NCBI RefSeq assembly: GCF_030684315.1
Contig: NC_081378.1
Coordinates: 30,800,571 to 30,864,570, forward strand
Origin: Stegostoma tigrinum
Lineage: Eukaryota
Direction: 5' to 3'
DNA length: 64,000 nt
Both the position numbers and the translations under genes were made by a program. Below the pieces are notes generated by a model, which was not told where the DNA came from, searched no databases, and saw only the letters and a list, made by a program, of their open reading frames with translations. Shown piece after piece: positions 13,089 through 24,130 of this stretch (positions are counted from its first letter, which is position 1; each line of letters starts with the position of its first letter).

Positions 13089-14380
13089 AACAAAGTGTGA
13101 AGCTGGATGAACACAGCAGGCCAAGCAGCATTTCAGGAGCACAAAAGCTGACGTTTCGGGCCTAGACCCTTCATCAGAGAGGGGCATGGGGACAGGGTTC
13201 TGGAATAAATAGGGAGAGAGGGGGAGAAGATAGGTGAAGAGGAGAGTATAGGTGGGGAGGTAGGGAGGGGATAGGTCAGTCTAGGGAAGAGGGACAGGTC
13301 AAGGAGGTGGGATGAGGTCAGGAGGTAGGAAATGGAGGTGCGGCTTTGGGTGGGAGGAAGGGATGGGTGAGAGGAAGAACATGTTAGGGAGGCAGAGACA
13401 GGCTAGGCAGGCTTTGGGATGCAGTGGGAGAAGGGGGCGAACTGGGCTGGTATTTGGGATGCGGTGGGGGAAGGGGAGATTTTGAAGCTTGTGAAGTCCA
13501 CATTGATAGCATTGGGCTGCAGGGATCCCAAGCGGAATATGAGTTGCTCTTCCTGCAACCTTCGGGTGGTAACATTGTGGCACTGCAGGAGGCCCACGAT
13601 GGATATGTCATCTAAAGAATGGGAGGGCGAGTTAAACTGGCTCGCGACTGGGAGGTGCAGTTGTTTATCGCGAACCGAGCGGAGGAGTTCTGTAAAGCTG
13701 TCCCCAAGCCTCCGCTTGGTTTCCCCAAAGTAGAGGGGGCCACACCGGGTACATTGGATATAGTATACCACATTGGCAGATGTGCAGGTGAACATCTGCT
13801 GAATATGGAAGGTCACCTTGGGGCCTGGGATGGGGGTGTGGGAGGAGGTGTGGGGGCAAGTGTAGTATTTCCTACGGTTGCAGGGGAAGGTGCCGGGTGT
13901 GGTGGCATTGGAGGGGAGTGTGGAGCGAACAAGGGAGTCACGGAGAGAGTGGTCTCTCCGGAAAGCAGACAAGGGTGGGGATGGAATAAAGTCTTGGGTG
14001 GTGGGGTCGGATTGTAGATGGTGGAAGTGTCGGAGGATGATGCGTTGTATCCGGAGGTTGGTGGTGTGGTGTGTGAGAACGAGGGGAATCCTCTTGGGGC
14101 GGTTGTGGCGGGGGCGGGGTGTGAGGGATGTGTTGCGGGAAATGTGGGAGAAGCGGTCAAGGGTGTTCTCGACCACAGCGGGGGGAAAGTTACGGTCCTT
14201 GAAGAACTTGGACATCTGGGATGTGCGGGAATGGAATGCCTGATCCTGGGAGCAGATGCGGCGGAGGCGGAGGAATTGGGAATAGGGGATGGAATTTTTG
14301 CAGGAGGGTGGGTGGGAGGAGGTGTATTCTAGGTAGCTGTGGGAGTCAGTGGCTTGAAATGGACATCAGTTTCTAGCTGA
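13088..14380 (-). mobile_element. PLE family A, left inverted arm of the outer insertion
   Basis: ORF 13403-14215 covers RT thumb end, Cys-rich linker and a degenerate GIY-YIG (NVVYYIQCTRCGPLYFGETKRRL). Tail-less pLTR at the left end. Confidence 0.95.
13148..13179 (-). ncRNA. Minimal type I hammerhead ribozyme motif (family A, intact core)
   Basis: Minus strand: CU-CUGAUGA-A-GGGU-CUAG-GCCC-GAAA-CG-UC-AG. Stem III region is the palindrome ACGU; stem I is only 2 bp. Confidence 0.82.
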
Positions 14381-14580
14381 TGGAACAACATCCACAGCCG
14401 ACAGAACCCCACCCACAGCCGACGCCGACGGAACCCCGCCCACAGCCTCCAACCTTATTGTTCCCTAACCCCCACGGCCCATTTCTATCTCCTTCCCTAA
14501 ATCCGCAAACCTGCCTGCCCTGGTCGACGCATTGTCTCAGCTTGTTCCCGCCCCACCAAACTCGTCTCCACCTATCAGGA
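14381..14580 (+). mobile_element. PLE family A, right arm of the outer insertion, first part (RT N-terminal region)
   Basis: Encodes, with a frameshift, TAHFYLLPKI.KPACPGR.IVSACS.PT.LVSTY. Continues at 16287 after a 15-bp TSD. Confidence 0.9.
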
Positions 14581-14625
14581 TAATAAAATGCGAGGCTGGA
14601 TGAACACAGCAGGCCCAGCAGCATC

Positions 14626-15880
14626 TCAGGAGCACAAAAGCTGACGTTTCAGGCCGAGACCCTTCATCAGAGAGGGGGATGAGGTGAGGGTTCTGGAATA
14701 AATAGGGAGAGAGGGGGAGGCGGACCAAAGATGGAGAGAAAAGAAGGCAGGTGGAGAGGAGAGTATAGGTGGGGAGGTAGGGAGGGGATAGATCAGTCCG
14801 GGGAAGACGGACAGGTCGAGGAGTTGGGATGAGGTTAGTAGGTAGGAAATAGAGGTGCGGCTTGGGGTGGGAGGAAGGGATGGGTGAGAGGAAGAACAGG
14901 TTAGGGAGGCGGAGACAGGCTGGGCTGGTTGTGTGATGCAGCGGGGGGAGGGGAAGAACTGGGCTGGTATTTGGGATGCGGTGGGGGAAGGGAAGATTTT
15001 GAAGCTGGTGAAGTCCACATTGATACCATTGGGCTGCAGGGTTCCCAAGCGGAATATGAGTTGCTGTTCCTGCAACCTTCGGGTGGCATCATTGTGGCAC
15101 TGCAGGAGGCCCATGATGGACATGTCATCTAAAGAATGGGAGGGGGAGTTGAAATGGCTTGCGACTGGGAGGTGCAGTTGTTTATTGCCAACCGAGCAGA
15201 GGTGTTCTGCAAAACGGTCCCCAAGCCTCCGCTTGGTTTCCCCAATGTAGAGGAAGCCACACGGGGTACCATGGATACAGTATACCACATTGGCAGATGT
15301 GCAGGTGAACATCTGCTTAATATGGAAAGTCATCTTGGGGCCTGGGATAGGGGTGACGGAGGAGGTGTGGGGGCAAGTGTAGCATTTCCTGCGGTTGCAG
15401 GGGAAGGTGCCGGGTGTGGTGGGATTGGAGGGAAGTGTGGAGCGAACAAGGGAGTCACGGAGAGAGTGGTCTCTCTGGAAAGCAGACAAAGGTGGGGATG
15501 GAAAAATGTCTTGGGTGGTGGGGTCGGATTGTAGATGGCGGAAGTGTCGGAGGATGATGCGTTGTATCTGGAGGTTGGTGGGGTGGTGTGTGAGAACGAG
15601 GAGAATCCTCTTGGGGCGGTTGTGGCGGGGGCAGGGTGTGAGGGATGTGTTGCGGGAAATGCGGGAGATGCGGTCAAGGGCGTTCTCGACCACTGTGGGG
15701 TGAAAGTTGCGGTCCTTGAAGAACGTGGACATCTGGGATGTGCGGAAGTGGAATGCCTCATCGTGGGAGCAGATGCGGCGGAGACGGAGGAATTGGGAAT
15801 AGGGGATAGAATTTTTGCAGGAGGGTGGGTGGGAGGAGGTGTATTCTAGGTAGCTATGGGAGTCGGTGGGCTTGAAATGG
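14626..15880 (-). pseudogene. 5'-truncated PLE ORF: RT thumb, Cys-rich linker and GIY-YIG endonuclease, stop-free
   Basis: FKPTDSHSYL...SIPYSQFLRLRRICS...PCNRRKCYTC...NVVYCIHGTPCGFLYIGETKRRLGDRFAEH...NGIN. Lacks the RT catalytic core. Confidence 0.9.
14641..14672 (-). ncRNA. Minimal type I hammerhead ribozyme motif (family A, intact core)
   Basis: Minus strand: CUGAUGA-A-GGGU-CUCG-GCCU-GAAA-CG-UC. Confidence 0.8.
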
Positions 15881-16286
15881 AATCCCAGCTCTTCCCCTCC
15901 ACCCACTGCATTCCAAAACCAGACCAGCCTGTCTCTGTCTCCCTAACGTGTTCTTCCTCTCACCCATCGCTTCCTCCCACCCCAAGCTGCACCTCCATCT
16001 CCTACCTACTAACCTCATCCCACCTCCCTGACCTGTCTGTCTTCCCTGGACTGACCTATACCCTCCCTACCTCCCCACCTATACTCTCCTCTGCACCTAT
16101 CTTCTTTTCTCTCCATCATCGGTCCGCCTCCTCCTCTCTTCCTATTTATTCCAGAATCCTCACCTCATCTCTCTAGGCCCGAAACGTCAGCTTTTGTGCT
16201 CCTGAGATGCTGCTGGGCCTGCTGTGTTCATCCAGCCTCACATTTTATTATCTTGGATTCTCCAGCATCTGCAGTTCCCATTATCA

Positions 16287-18210
16287 CTCCACCTATCAGG
16301 ACTCCATTATCTCCCCCTTGGTCCAGGAACTCCCTACCTATGTCCGTGACACCACCCATGCCCTCCACCTCCTCCAGAACTTCCAATTCCCTGGCCCACT
16401 CATTTTCACCATGGACGTCAAGTCCCTATACACCTGTATTCCTCATGCAGGTGGCCTCAAGGCCCTCCGCTTCTTCCTGTCCCACAGGCCCAACCAGTCC
16501 CAGTCCACAGACACCCTCATCCCCCTAGCCGAACTCATCCTCACACTCAACAACTTCTCTTTCAATTCCTCCCACTTCCTACAGACAAACGGGGTGGCCA
16601 TGGGTACCCACATGGGCCCAAGCTATGCCTGCCTCTTTGTAGGTTACATGGAAAGTCCCTCTTCTGCACCTACACAAGCCCCAAACCCCACCTCTTCCTC
16701 CGGTACATTGATGACTGTATCGGCGCCGCCTCTTGCTCCCCAGAGGAGCTCGAACACTTCATCCACTTCACTAACACCTTCCACCCCAACCTCAAGTTCA
16801 CCTGGACCATCTCAAACACATCCCTCACCTTCCTGGACCTCTCAGTCTCCATCTCAGGTAATTAGCTAGAAACTGATGTCCATTTCAAGCCCACCGACTC
16901 CCACAGCTATTTAGAATACAACTCCTCCCACCCACTCTCTTGCAAAAATTCTATCCCCTATTCCCAGTTCCTCCGCATCTGCTCCCAGGATGTGGCATTC
17001 CACTCCAGCACATCCCAGATGTCCAAGTTCTTCAAGGACCGTAACTTTCCCCCTGCGGTGGTCAATAATGCCCTTGACCGCATCTCCCGCATTTCCCGCA
17101 ACACATCCCTCACACCCCGACCCGCCACAACCGCCCCAAGAGGAACCCCCTCGTTCTCACACACCACACCACCAACCTTCGGATACAACGCATCATCCTC
17201 CGATACTTCCACCATCTACAATCCGACCCCACCGCCAAAGACATTTTTCCATCCCCACCCTTGTCTGTTTACTGGAGAAACCACTGTCTCCGTGACTCCC
17301 TTGTTCGCTCCACACTCCCCTCCAATGCCACCACACCCGGCACCTTCCCCTGCAACCGCAGGAAATGCTACACTTGCCTCCACACCTCCTCCCTCAACCC
17401 CATCCCAGGCCCCAAGATGACTTTCCATATTAAGCAGATGTTCACCTGCACATCTGCCAATGTGGTATACTGTATCCATTGTACCCAGTGTGGCCCCCTC
17501 TACATTGGGGAAATCAAGTGGAGGCTTGGGGACCGCTTTGCAGAACACCTCCGCTCAGCTCGCAATAAACAACTGCATCTCCCAGTCGCGAGCCATTTTA
17601 ACTCCCCCTCCCATTCTTTACACAACATGTCCATCATGGGCCTCCTGTAGTGCCACAATGATGTCACCCATAGCCTGCAGGAACAGCAACTCATATTCCG
17701 CTTCGGAACCTTGCAGCCCAGTGGTATCAATGTGGACATCACAAGCTTCAAAATCTCCCCTTCCCCCACCGCATCCCAAAACCAGCCCAGTTCGTCCCCT
17801 CCCTCCCACTGCATCACACAACCAGCCCAGCTCATCCCGTCCCCTCACTGCATCCCAAAACCATCCCAGCCTGTCTCCGCCTCCCTAACGTGTTCTTCCT
17901 CTCACCCATCCCTTCCTCCCACCTCAAGCCGCACCTCCATTTCCTATCTACTAACCTCATCCCACCTCCTCGACCTGTCTGTCTTCCCTGGACTGACCTC
18001 TTCCCTCCCGACCTCCCCACCTATACTCTCCTCTTCACCTATCTTCTCCCCCTCTCTCCCTATTTATTCCAGTTCCCTTTCCCCATCCCCCTCTCTGATG
18101 AAGGGTCTCAGCTTTTGTGCTCCTGAGATGCTGCTTGGCCTGCTGTGTTCATCCAGCTTCACACTTTGTTATCTTGGATTCTCCAGCATCTGCAGTTCCT
18201 ATTATCTCTG
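16287..18210 (+). mobile_element. PLE family A, right arm of the outer insertion: RT core, GIY-YIG and pLTR with tail (defective)
   Basis: FTMDVKSLYT, QTNGVAMGTHMGPSYA, YIDD at 16704-16715 in a shifted frame, and NVVYCIHCTQCGPLYIGE. Frameshifts, a TAG at 17648 and a partly deleted hammerhead. Confidence 0.95.
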
Positions 18211-18323
18211 ATATAAATGTATTTGCTGGTATGGTTGTAAATAATAGACACAGAATTGAGATCGCAAGAAGTAAGTTACTTGTAGCGTGACAGGAAGATG
18301 TGAAATATATTTTTGCTTCCACT

Positions 18324-18645
18324 AAGGTGGTTGCATAGTGATGGTATCATTAGACCAACAATCCAGAACCTCAGCTTAATGGTTTGGGAACATGGGCTCA
18401 AACCTATCATGGCAGGTAGTGACATTTGAATTCATAATAATCTGGAATAAAAGGCAAGCCTAATTGTGACCCTGCAGCTATTGTCATTTAAAAAAAAACA
18501 CTTGTTCACTTATGTGCCAACCTTACCTGATCTGACCTACTGACTCCAGAGTCACAGTAGTGATCGACTCTTTACTGTCTTCTCGCAGATGGGCATTAAA
18601 CCTTGGTTTAGCCAGTGACACCCACATCCCATGAACAAATTAAAA
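18324..18645 (+). mobile_element. tRNA-derived SINE with LINE-like tail, degenerate
   Basis: Colinear with the copy at 40636. Tail gatgggcattaaa...gccagtgacacccacatcccatgaa. Confidence 0.75.
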
Positions 18646-18676
18646 TAAGCTATAACAGTATATCACATAATTATAT

Positions 18677-18849
18677 CAGTGATAATGGGAACTGCAGTTG
18701 CTGGAGAATCCAAGGTAACAAAGTGTGGAGCTGGATGAACACAGCAGGCCAAGCTCTCTGATGAAGGGTCCAGGCCCGAAACTTCAGCTTTTGTGCTCCT
18801 GAGATGCTGCTTGGCCTGCTGTGTTCATCCAGCTCCACACTTTGTTATC
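18677..18849. mobile_element. Fold-back pLTR mini-element (family A) with hammerhead core at 18758-18785 (+)
   Basis: Inverted arms. CTGATGA-a-gggt-ccag-gccc-GAAA-ct-TC. Imperfect TSD tatcacataattatat/tatcacaattattat. Confidence 0.88.
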
Positions 18850-19742
18850 ACAATTATTATGGTTTATTTTTGTTTGCTGTCTTGGCATTTTAATGTTTAT
18901 ATTCCACTTTTTTTAAAAAAGTGCATATTTATATAGGACTGGCTTCAACTGGGTTGCTGAAAAAAAATTACACATTCATAGCATGGATTAAAATGGTTAA
19001 AAAGAAAAGTTTCTGAATCAAAGTGAAAACAACTGCTGAGTTAGAACAAAAATCTCACATTGCCCAACTAGATACACAGAAAAGGAATGCATCAGCATTG
19101 AAGCCTTTAACATAATGAGCTGTGTTCCAATAATTTTGGTGACTAGCAAGATTTGTATTTGACATATGCTTGTGTTCTTGCAATGTACAATGAGCTAAAT
19201 GTTGAAAACAATGTCAGAAAGACCGACTTAGGTTTAAAATATGAAACAAAATCTGCTGTAAATACTTCGTACATGGAAAGAGAAACAAAGCTAATAGGGA
19301 GAATATTTTGCTCTCCTTGGCTGCAGGTTTGGAGGTGGGAATCAAATTTAATTCAGTGGGATGATGTTGTACCTAAACCCTTTCCAACTCCTCCATTGCT
19401 TACATTCTAGATTGGAAGACACATGGCTGACATTCCTGTCCCACTGTCCATTCAGGAGGTCAACCTTTAAATGACCATTCATTTCATCATCAATGAATAT
19501 TAACCCAGGTGTAGTGAGCCCATTGGCAGGCAGCAGGCACAGTAAATAACAATATGCAGCCAACTTGTCACCTTTGGGAGGGGAGTCTTTCAGTCAAAAG
19601 ACCCCAGTATCTCATTGAACGTCTGAACATTAGGAAGACGTTTGTTCATTGCACGTCAACCCTCCTTCTCCAGATCTTCTCGAAGAGGCAGTACAGGTTT
19701 CTTGCTGTCTCTCCAGACAATGTTTGGGAAACCTTCACAACT

Positions 19743-19880
19743 TTCTGAGGAAGGGTCAGAGAGCTCGAAGTGTTAACTCTGTTCTGTCCTTCACAGATGC
19801 TGCCAGACTTGCTGAGCTTTTCCGGCAACTTCGTTTTTTTTTCCTGATTTGCAGCATCTGGAGTTCATTTGGTTTTTACT
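19743..19880 (+). mobile_element. pLTR family B with tail and degenerate hammerhead
   Basis: ttCTGAGGAagggtcagagagctcGAAgtgttaact...cagatgctgcc...gcagcatctg. Confidence 0.8.
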
Positions 19881-21589
19881 TAACAATTTTCCGCCCATTA
19901 AATTTGCTTCTCTATGTACAGGCACTTCATGACCTACTGATTAGTACCAACAATTTCTGACTTATTGTTTTGGATTTCCAGCTTCACAGTTTGTTGCTTC
20001 TGCATTTGATTTAATTCTTATTCAGTTCATATTTCTCTAAAATAAGGACAAGGACATAGGCTAAAAATGTAGCTTAGAATTTAAAAATAAGGTGACAACA
20101 AGTCATTATTACCACTGATGACTGAAAAAATTGTCTTCATTAAACCATTTTAAAAAACTTTCACACATGATGTTTTTAACCTTGGCCTCCCTGCCTCCTG
20201 CAGATTGTTCTTGTGGCAATTCATTCTACTGTTCCATTTTGTGCTGTGATCCAGAACATTGCTTATACTCCAAAGAAATAGCAACAGTCGCTGAAAAATA
20301 TGTTTTAAACACCAAGTTATCATTCCATCACCTTTGCCAAGGTGAAATGTTTCTGTACAATGCTAATAAATTATTGAACTGCTCCGTCTTTTCCATTTAC
20401 CTTTCCATCAAACAGATACAAGGCAATTCTGCTTCCTTTCCATCTGTCAGCGAGCACAGCCTCCTTTGGGAATCTGTATCCTTTTTGACAATATTTATTT
20501 TAACTTTGCTGCACTAAGCCACTAGCTTTTGGCTATTGTTGCTAAATGAAAAGGTATCAAATTGGCCTTTTAGATATTGACATGCTCCACAGCGCAAACC
20601 ATCAACATCAAAGGAAAACATTTTCTTTGGAACCAGCCTAAAATACTCTCATAATGGTTCAGAACAATGATGCAATGGCGCAAAGCATTACTTTTCCCCA
20701 GTGCAAAAAATTTCCAACAGATTAAAAGGATAGAAGACATAGTGAACTATGAGCCCTATTTGATCATGAAATTTTCTCATTTAGGTGGGGAATTGCCTCA
20801 TGTACCTCTACCAGTGACCCTTGTGCTACCACCAGCTGCTTCTTGAGTGGCCTGTGCAGTATTCATTCTCCTAGAATAACAGCACATGCGAATGCTCCGC
20901 CTGCACAGACCAGAAGTCTCTGTTCCCATGCTATCCTCATGCCACGTAGCCAGACTTACTGATTTGTTACCACAGTGATAAGCCTACGCAACACAAGTCT
21001 TGTCACTGACTATATTACTCCCTCCTGAACCAGCAGAGATTACAAAACAAGATGGCCATGTGCTTATAGTTATTTAAAGGGCCATTTGACAAGTTGAAGA
21101 TGAGACATTTTTGACCTGCTTTTGTTTAACAAAAAAGAAACTGGCCTAAATTCTGTGAGTTGTTTTGAGATACACATTGCATTCAGTGAGAAAGAAGAAA
21201 TTAAGAAAAAGATTATGCTGGTATGTTCGTAGTTGTTTAAAATGACATCCTCTGCAATGTGACCCTTATGGAGAGGATATTGAGTGTAGAAGGCAGGCAG
21301 AGAAAGATCAATAAGGAGAAGAGAATGAGGGGTCTCCATTGAAGGGATTACCCTCCCTGGTATTTAGCAATAAGCCAGGAGCACTGTATGTACAGTGGCT
21401 ACAGTTTACTTAGAAGATCTCATAGAGTGGTCACCTTCTTCACACAGACCTGTAAATTCAACTAGGGTGAGGATAACGCCTCGGTGGGTGTTCCTACCTC
21501 TCATGCCATTTGCCTTACAAAAGCTGCCACCACTCCCTCCCCACCTGTGGGTGTTATTAATTTCTAGGGTGGAGTAATTCTATGTACGG

Positions 21590-22060
21590 CCAGCCATAAT
21601 CTGCTTCATGGTCCTTCCTGCAGCCCCAGCAGCATCTACCATTGATTTCTCAGGCTACAGAAATGATGGAGTTGCCCAATAGCACCCAAGGGCAGGGCTT
21701 TGTTCCACTAAGGGGAGGATCTCTGACAATGCATTAGTTTGGCCCACCTCCACTGTATAATGGCTGTAGTTGTAATCTTCCTCAGGAGGTATGTTGTCTT
21801 CCTTCTGAGGAAGTATAAGAAATTTGTTCTACTGTAAAATGCAGCCCATGAAGCAAATTGAATGAGCTGAGACATTGCCACAGATGTTTGCAGCTGCAAC
21901 CTCTCCTGGATGCTGGTGAATATGAATAATGAAACTGAGTGATGTTGCATCATAAGGCACACTTATGTAGACTATTTACCTGATAAGTAGAGGGCAAGGT
22001 CCCTTTACTCTCTACTTCAATATTTGGCATCATCTCCCACATCTGCTGTGAGGTCTTACA
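21590..22060 (-). mobile_element. Possible ancient PIF/Harbinger transposase remnant
   Basis: Weak by-eye resemblance of shifted minus-strand frames (AANICG; AAFYSRTNFLYF) to the Harbinger N-terminal segment GDICGIS...ALFxRAxxFIxF. Confidence 0.3.
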
Positions 22061-23118
22061 GTGCACACAATGGTGATCCTAATCACAGCAATCTGTCAGA
22101 CATACTGCACCTTTGAATTCCGGTGGATGGTATCCTGAAAAGCAATCTATTTGAAACCTATTTTGTACAGCAGTATGATGGGGAAAATGTTTAAATCTGA
22201 GCATTAAAATTCACTACCTTAGCATCCAACAAACAGGGGTTGGTGGGGGTTACAGTACTTCATCAATCTCTCCAGCTCAAACTCCAACACCTTTTGACTT
22301 TTGGCCCCTAATTATTTCTTCCATATAGTTGTTCAAAAAGTTCACAAATTTAAATAGCCAAGTACTTAGTGGTCATATTATTCAAAGTACGCTTAATGCA
22401 GTCTCAAATTTCAAAACTCATATTTCACGGTGACTGAAGGTGACACGGGGGAGAAGTTGATTAAAAACAAATTTAAAGATTTCTTTCCAGGCAAAAGCTC
22501 AGTGCCACTGGCAAAACCACTGGAACTGCATATGTTGAACTCAAAAGGAAAAGCTCATGATCTCCACACACCCTTATTATGTTATATTTACTTAGGTTTA
22601 TTTCACTTCAGGCATAATAACGTTAACTTTCCTCAGTTCCCCTAATGAATTCAGGGTGTGAAGTGCGTCACTGGCTGCTATTCAATAACTTAAAAATATG
22701 AATGAGCTGTCACCAAGATTGTTCTTCTAAATTCTGTTATTTTCATTATTCAGCTGGGCCTATGAAGTACTGAACTGAATAAGTGTTAAACTAAACTAGC
22801 TTGCTGCATTCCAATTATTTTCATATAATAAAGAAAAATGTACAAGTTAAGGATCTGGAGAATGTGGAAAAAAAAATTAATGTTAATACCAATGGAACTG
22901 AAAAAGCTGATAATATGACCTAACACTAAGACTTCATTAGCAATAGGTTTGCTAAGAGCATGACCAATTAATTGATTGATAGGCAAGTTAAAATGCATAC
23001 ACATAAAAGTTATTAAATTATGTTTGATATGTAAAACAATACATGTTTTATAATCAGTGCTATCAGATAAAGAATCTTTTTTTCAATGAATGTACGATAT
23101 ATTATTTCCAAAGGTTTT

Positions 23119-23475
23119 TGAAATAACTCCACAGAGTCTGGTATCCTGCCACTAAATCACCCCTTTATCTACTTGTGGAGAGTCCTTGACACACATCCAG
23201 CTCCTCTGAGCCTGCTGTCTGAGTGAACAGGAGGTCTGACACTCCTATATTTATCTGTCAGCCAGGGCTTCCTGATTGGAGTAGGTTAACAACCCCAAAC
23301 AGGAAACTCATATTCTACTATAACAAAAACTAAATTTGCTGGAAAAGCTCAGCAGGTCTGGCAGGATCAGTGAAGGGAAAAAAAAACAGAGTTAATGTTT
23401 TGGGTCCGGTGAGCCTTCCTCAGAACTTCAGACTCTATAAAGTCCACCTAGCTGACTAGATTTTTCATTGCAACA
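23119..23475 (-). mobile_element. Short solo LTR (Gypsy-like) containing a family B pLTR insertion (about 23320-23427)
   Basis: TG...CA ends. Homologous to 29261-29496 and 34595-34813. Confidence 0.75.
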
Positions 23476-23539
23476 GGAATGGCATTCAGCAACCATCATA
23501 ATGTAGAATATATTCTTTCAGTATATCAATTGCTTTTAG

Positions 23540-23667
23540 GAACACAAAACACAGGAAAGCGGAGTTGGATTAGAGTTATCAGATCATACATGATTTCATT
23601 GAATGGCACAGAAGGTTCAGTGGGTGAAGTAGCTAACTTTTTTTGCTTCTATATCTTATGGTCTTAC
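23540..23667 (+). mobile_element. Degenerate CR1 3' end
   Basis: cagatcatacatgatttcattgaatggc...cttatggtctta tail. Confidence 0.6.
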
Positions 23668-23974
23668 AAGGACAATATTAACCTATACTACCCAGGAGTA
23701 GCAGGGTAGGCCATTCAGTCACTCACATACTTACTTCTCTATTCATGTCAACCTCCTTTTTAACTATAGTATTTTTTAAAGTTTGCCTTGATGCACACCA
23801 AAAATAGAATGAACTTCATTCATTGTTCCCACTTAGCTGTATGTGGGCACAGCCATGCATAAGTCTAGAAGTTATCACACAGGCTTGGGATGTATAACAC
23901 ATGCCTTAAACATTCATGTCCCCTACCACTGCTACATTCTGCCAATAAATGAAGTGTTTTAGGAACTTGTCAAG

Positions 23975-24130
23975 CCACATTTAACAGCACCTTTCAAACA
24001 TGCAATTCCAATCCTCTGGATGGATGAGGATGCATGGGATTACCACAATAAGAAATTACCTCTAAGCCACATGCCATTCTGACTTGGATCTCTGCCTTCA
24101 TTGATGAGATGAAAATTCTGGAAATCTTTT
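23975..24130 (+). mobile_element. Degenerate fragment of the LINE family seen at 53243
   Basis: cagcacctttcaaac...cctctaagccacatgccattctgacttgga aligns to about 53415-53530. Confidence 0.55.

Larger units (their letters stand above)
14581..16286. mobile_element. Nested inverted PLE family A insertion (minus arm 14581-15880, plus arm 15881-16286)
   Basis: Flanked by the TSD ctccacctatcagga (14566-14580 and 16287-16301). Both arms share the variants gctgggcctg and cattttatta. Confidence 0.92.

Noticed and set aside
16207-16869. 220-aa ORF with a signal-peptide-like start (MLLGLLCSS...) fused to RT
   Set aside because: Chance in-frame join of the inner pLTR with the outer RT. It frameshifts before YIDD, and the same leader appears in every pLTR copy.
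14381-18210. Possible autonomous PLE
   Set aside because: 5'-truncated, interrupted, frameshifted, with a stop at 17648.
13299-18211. Many overlapping 60-170 aa ORFs in alternative and antisense frames
   Set aside because: Shadow ORFs of the C-rich PLE sequence, repeated in each copy. Not independent genes.
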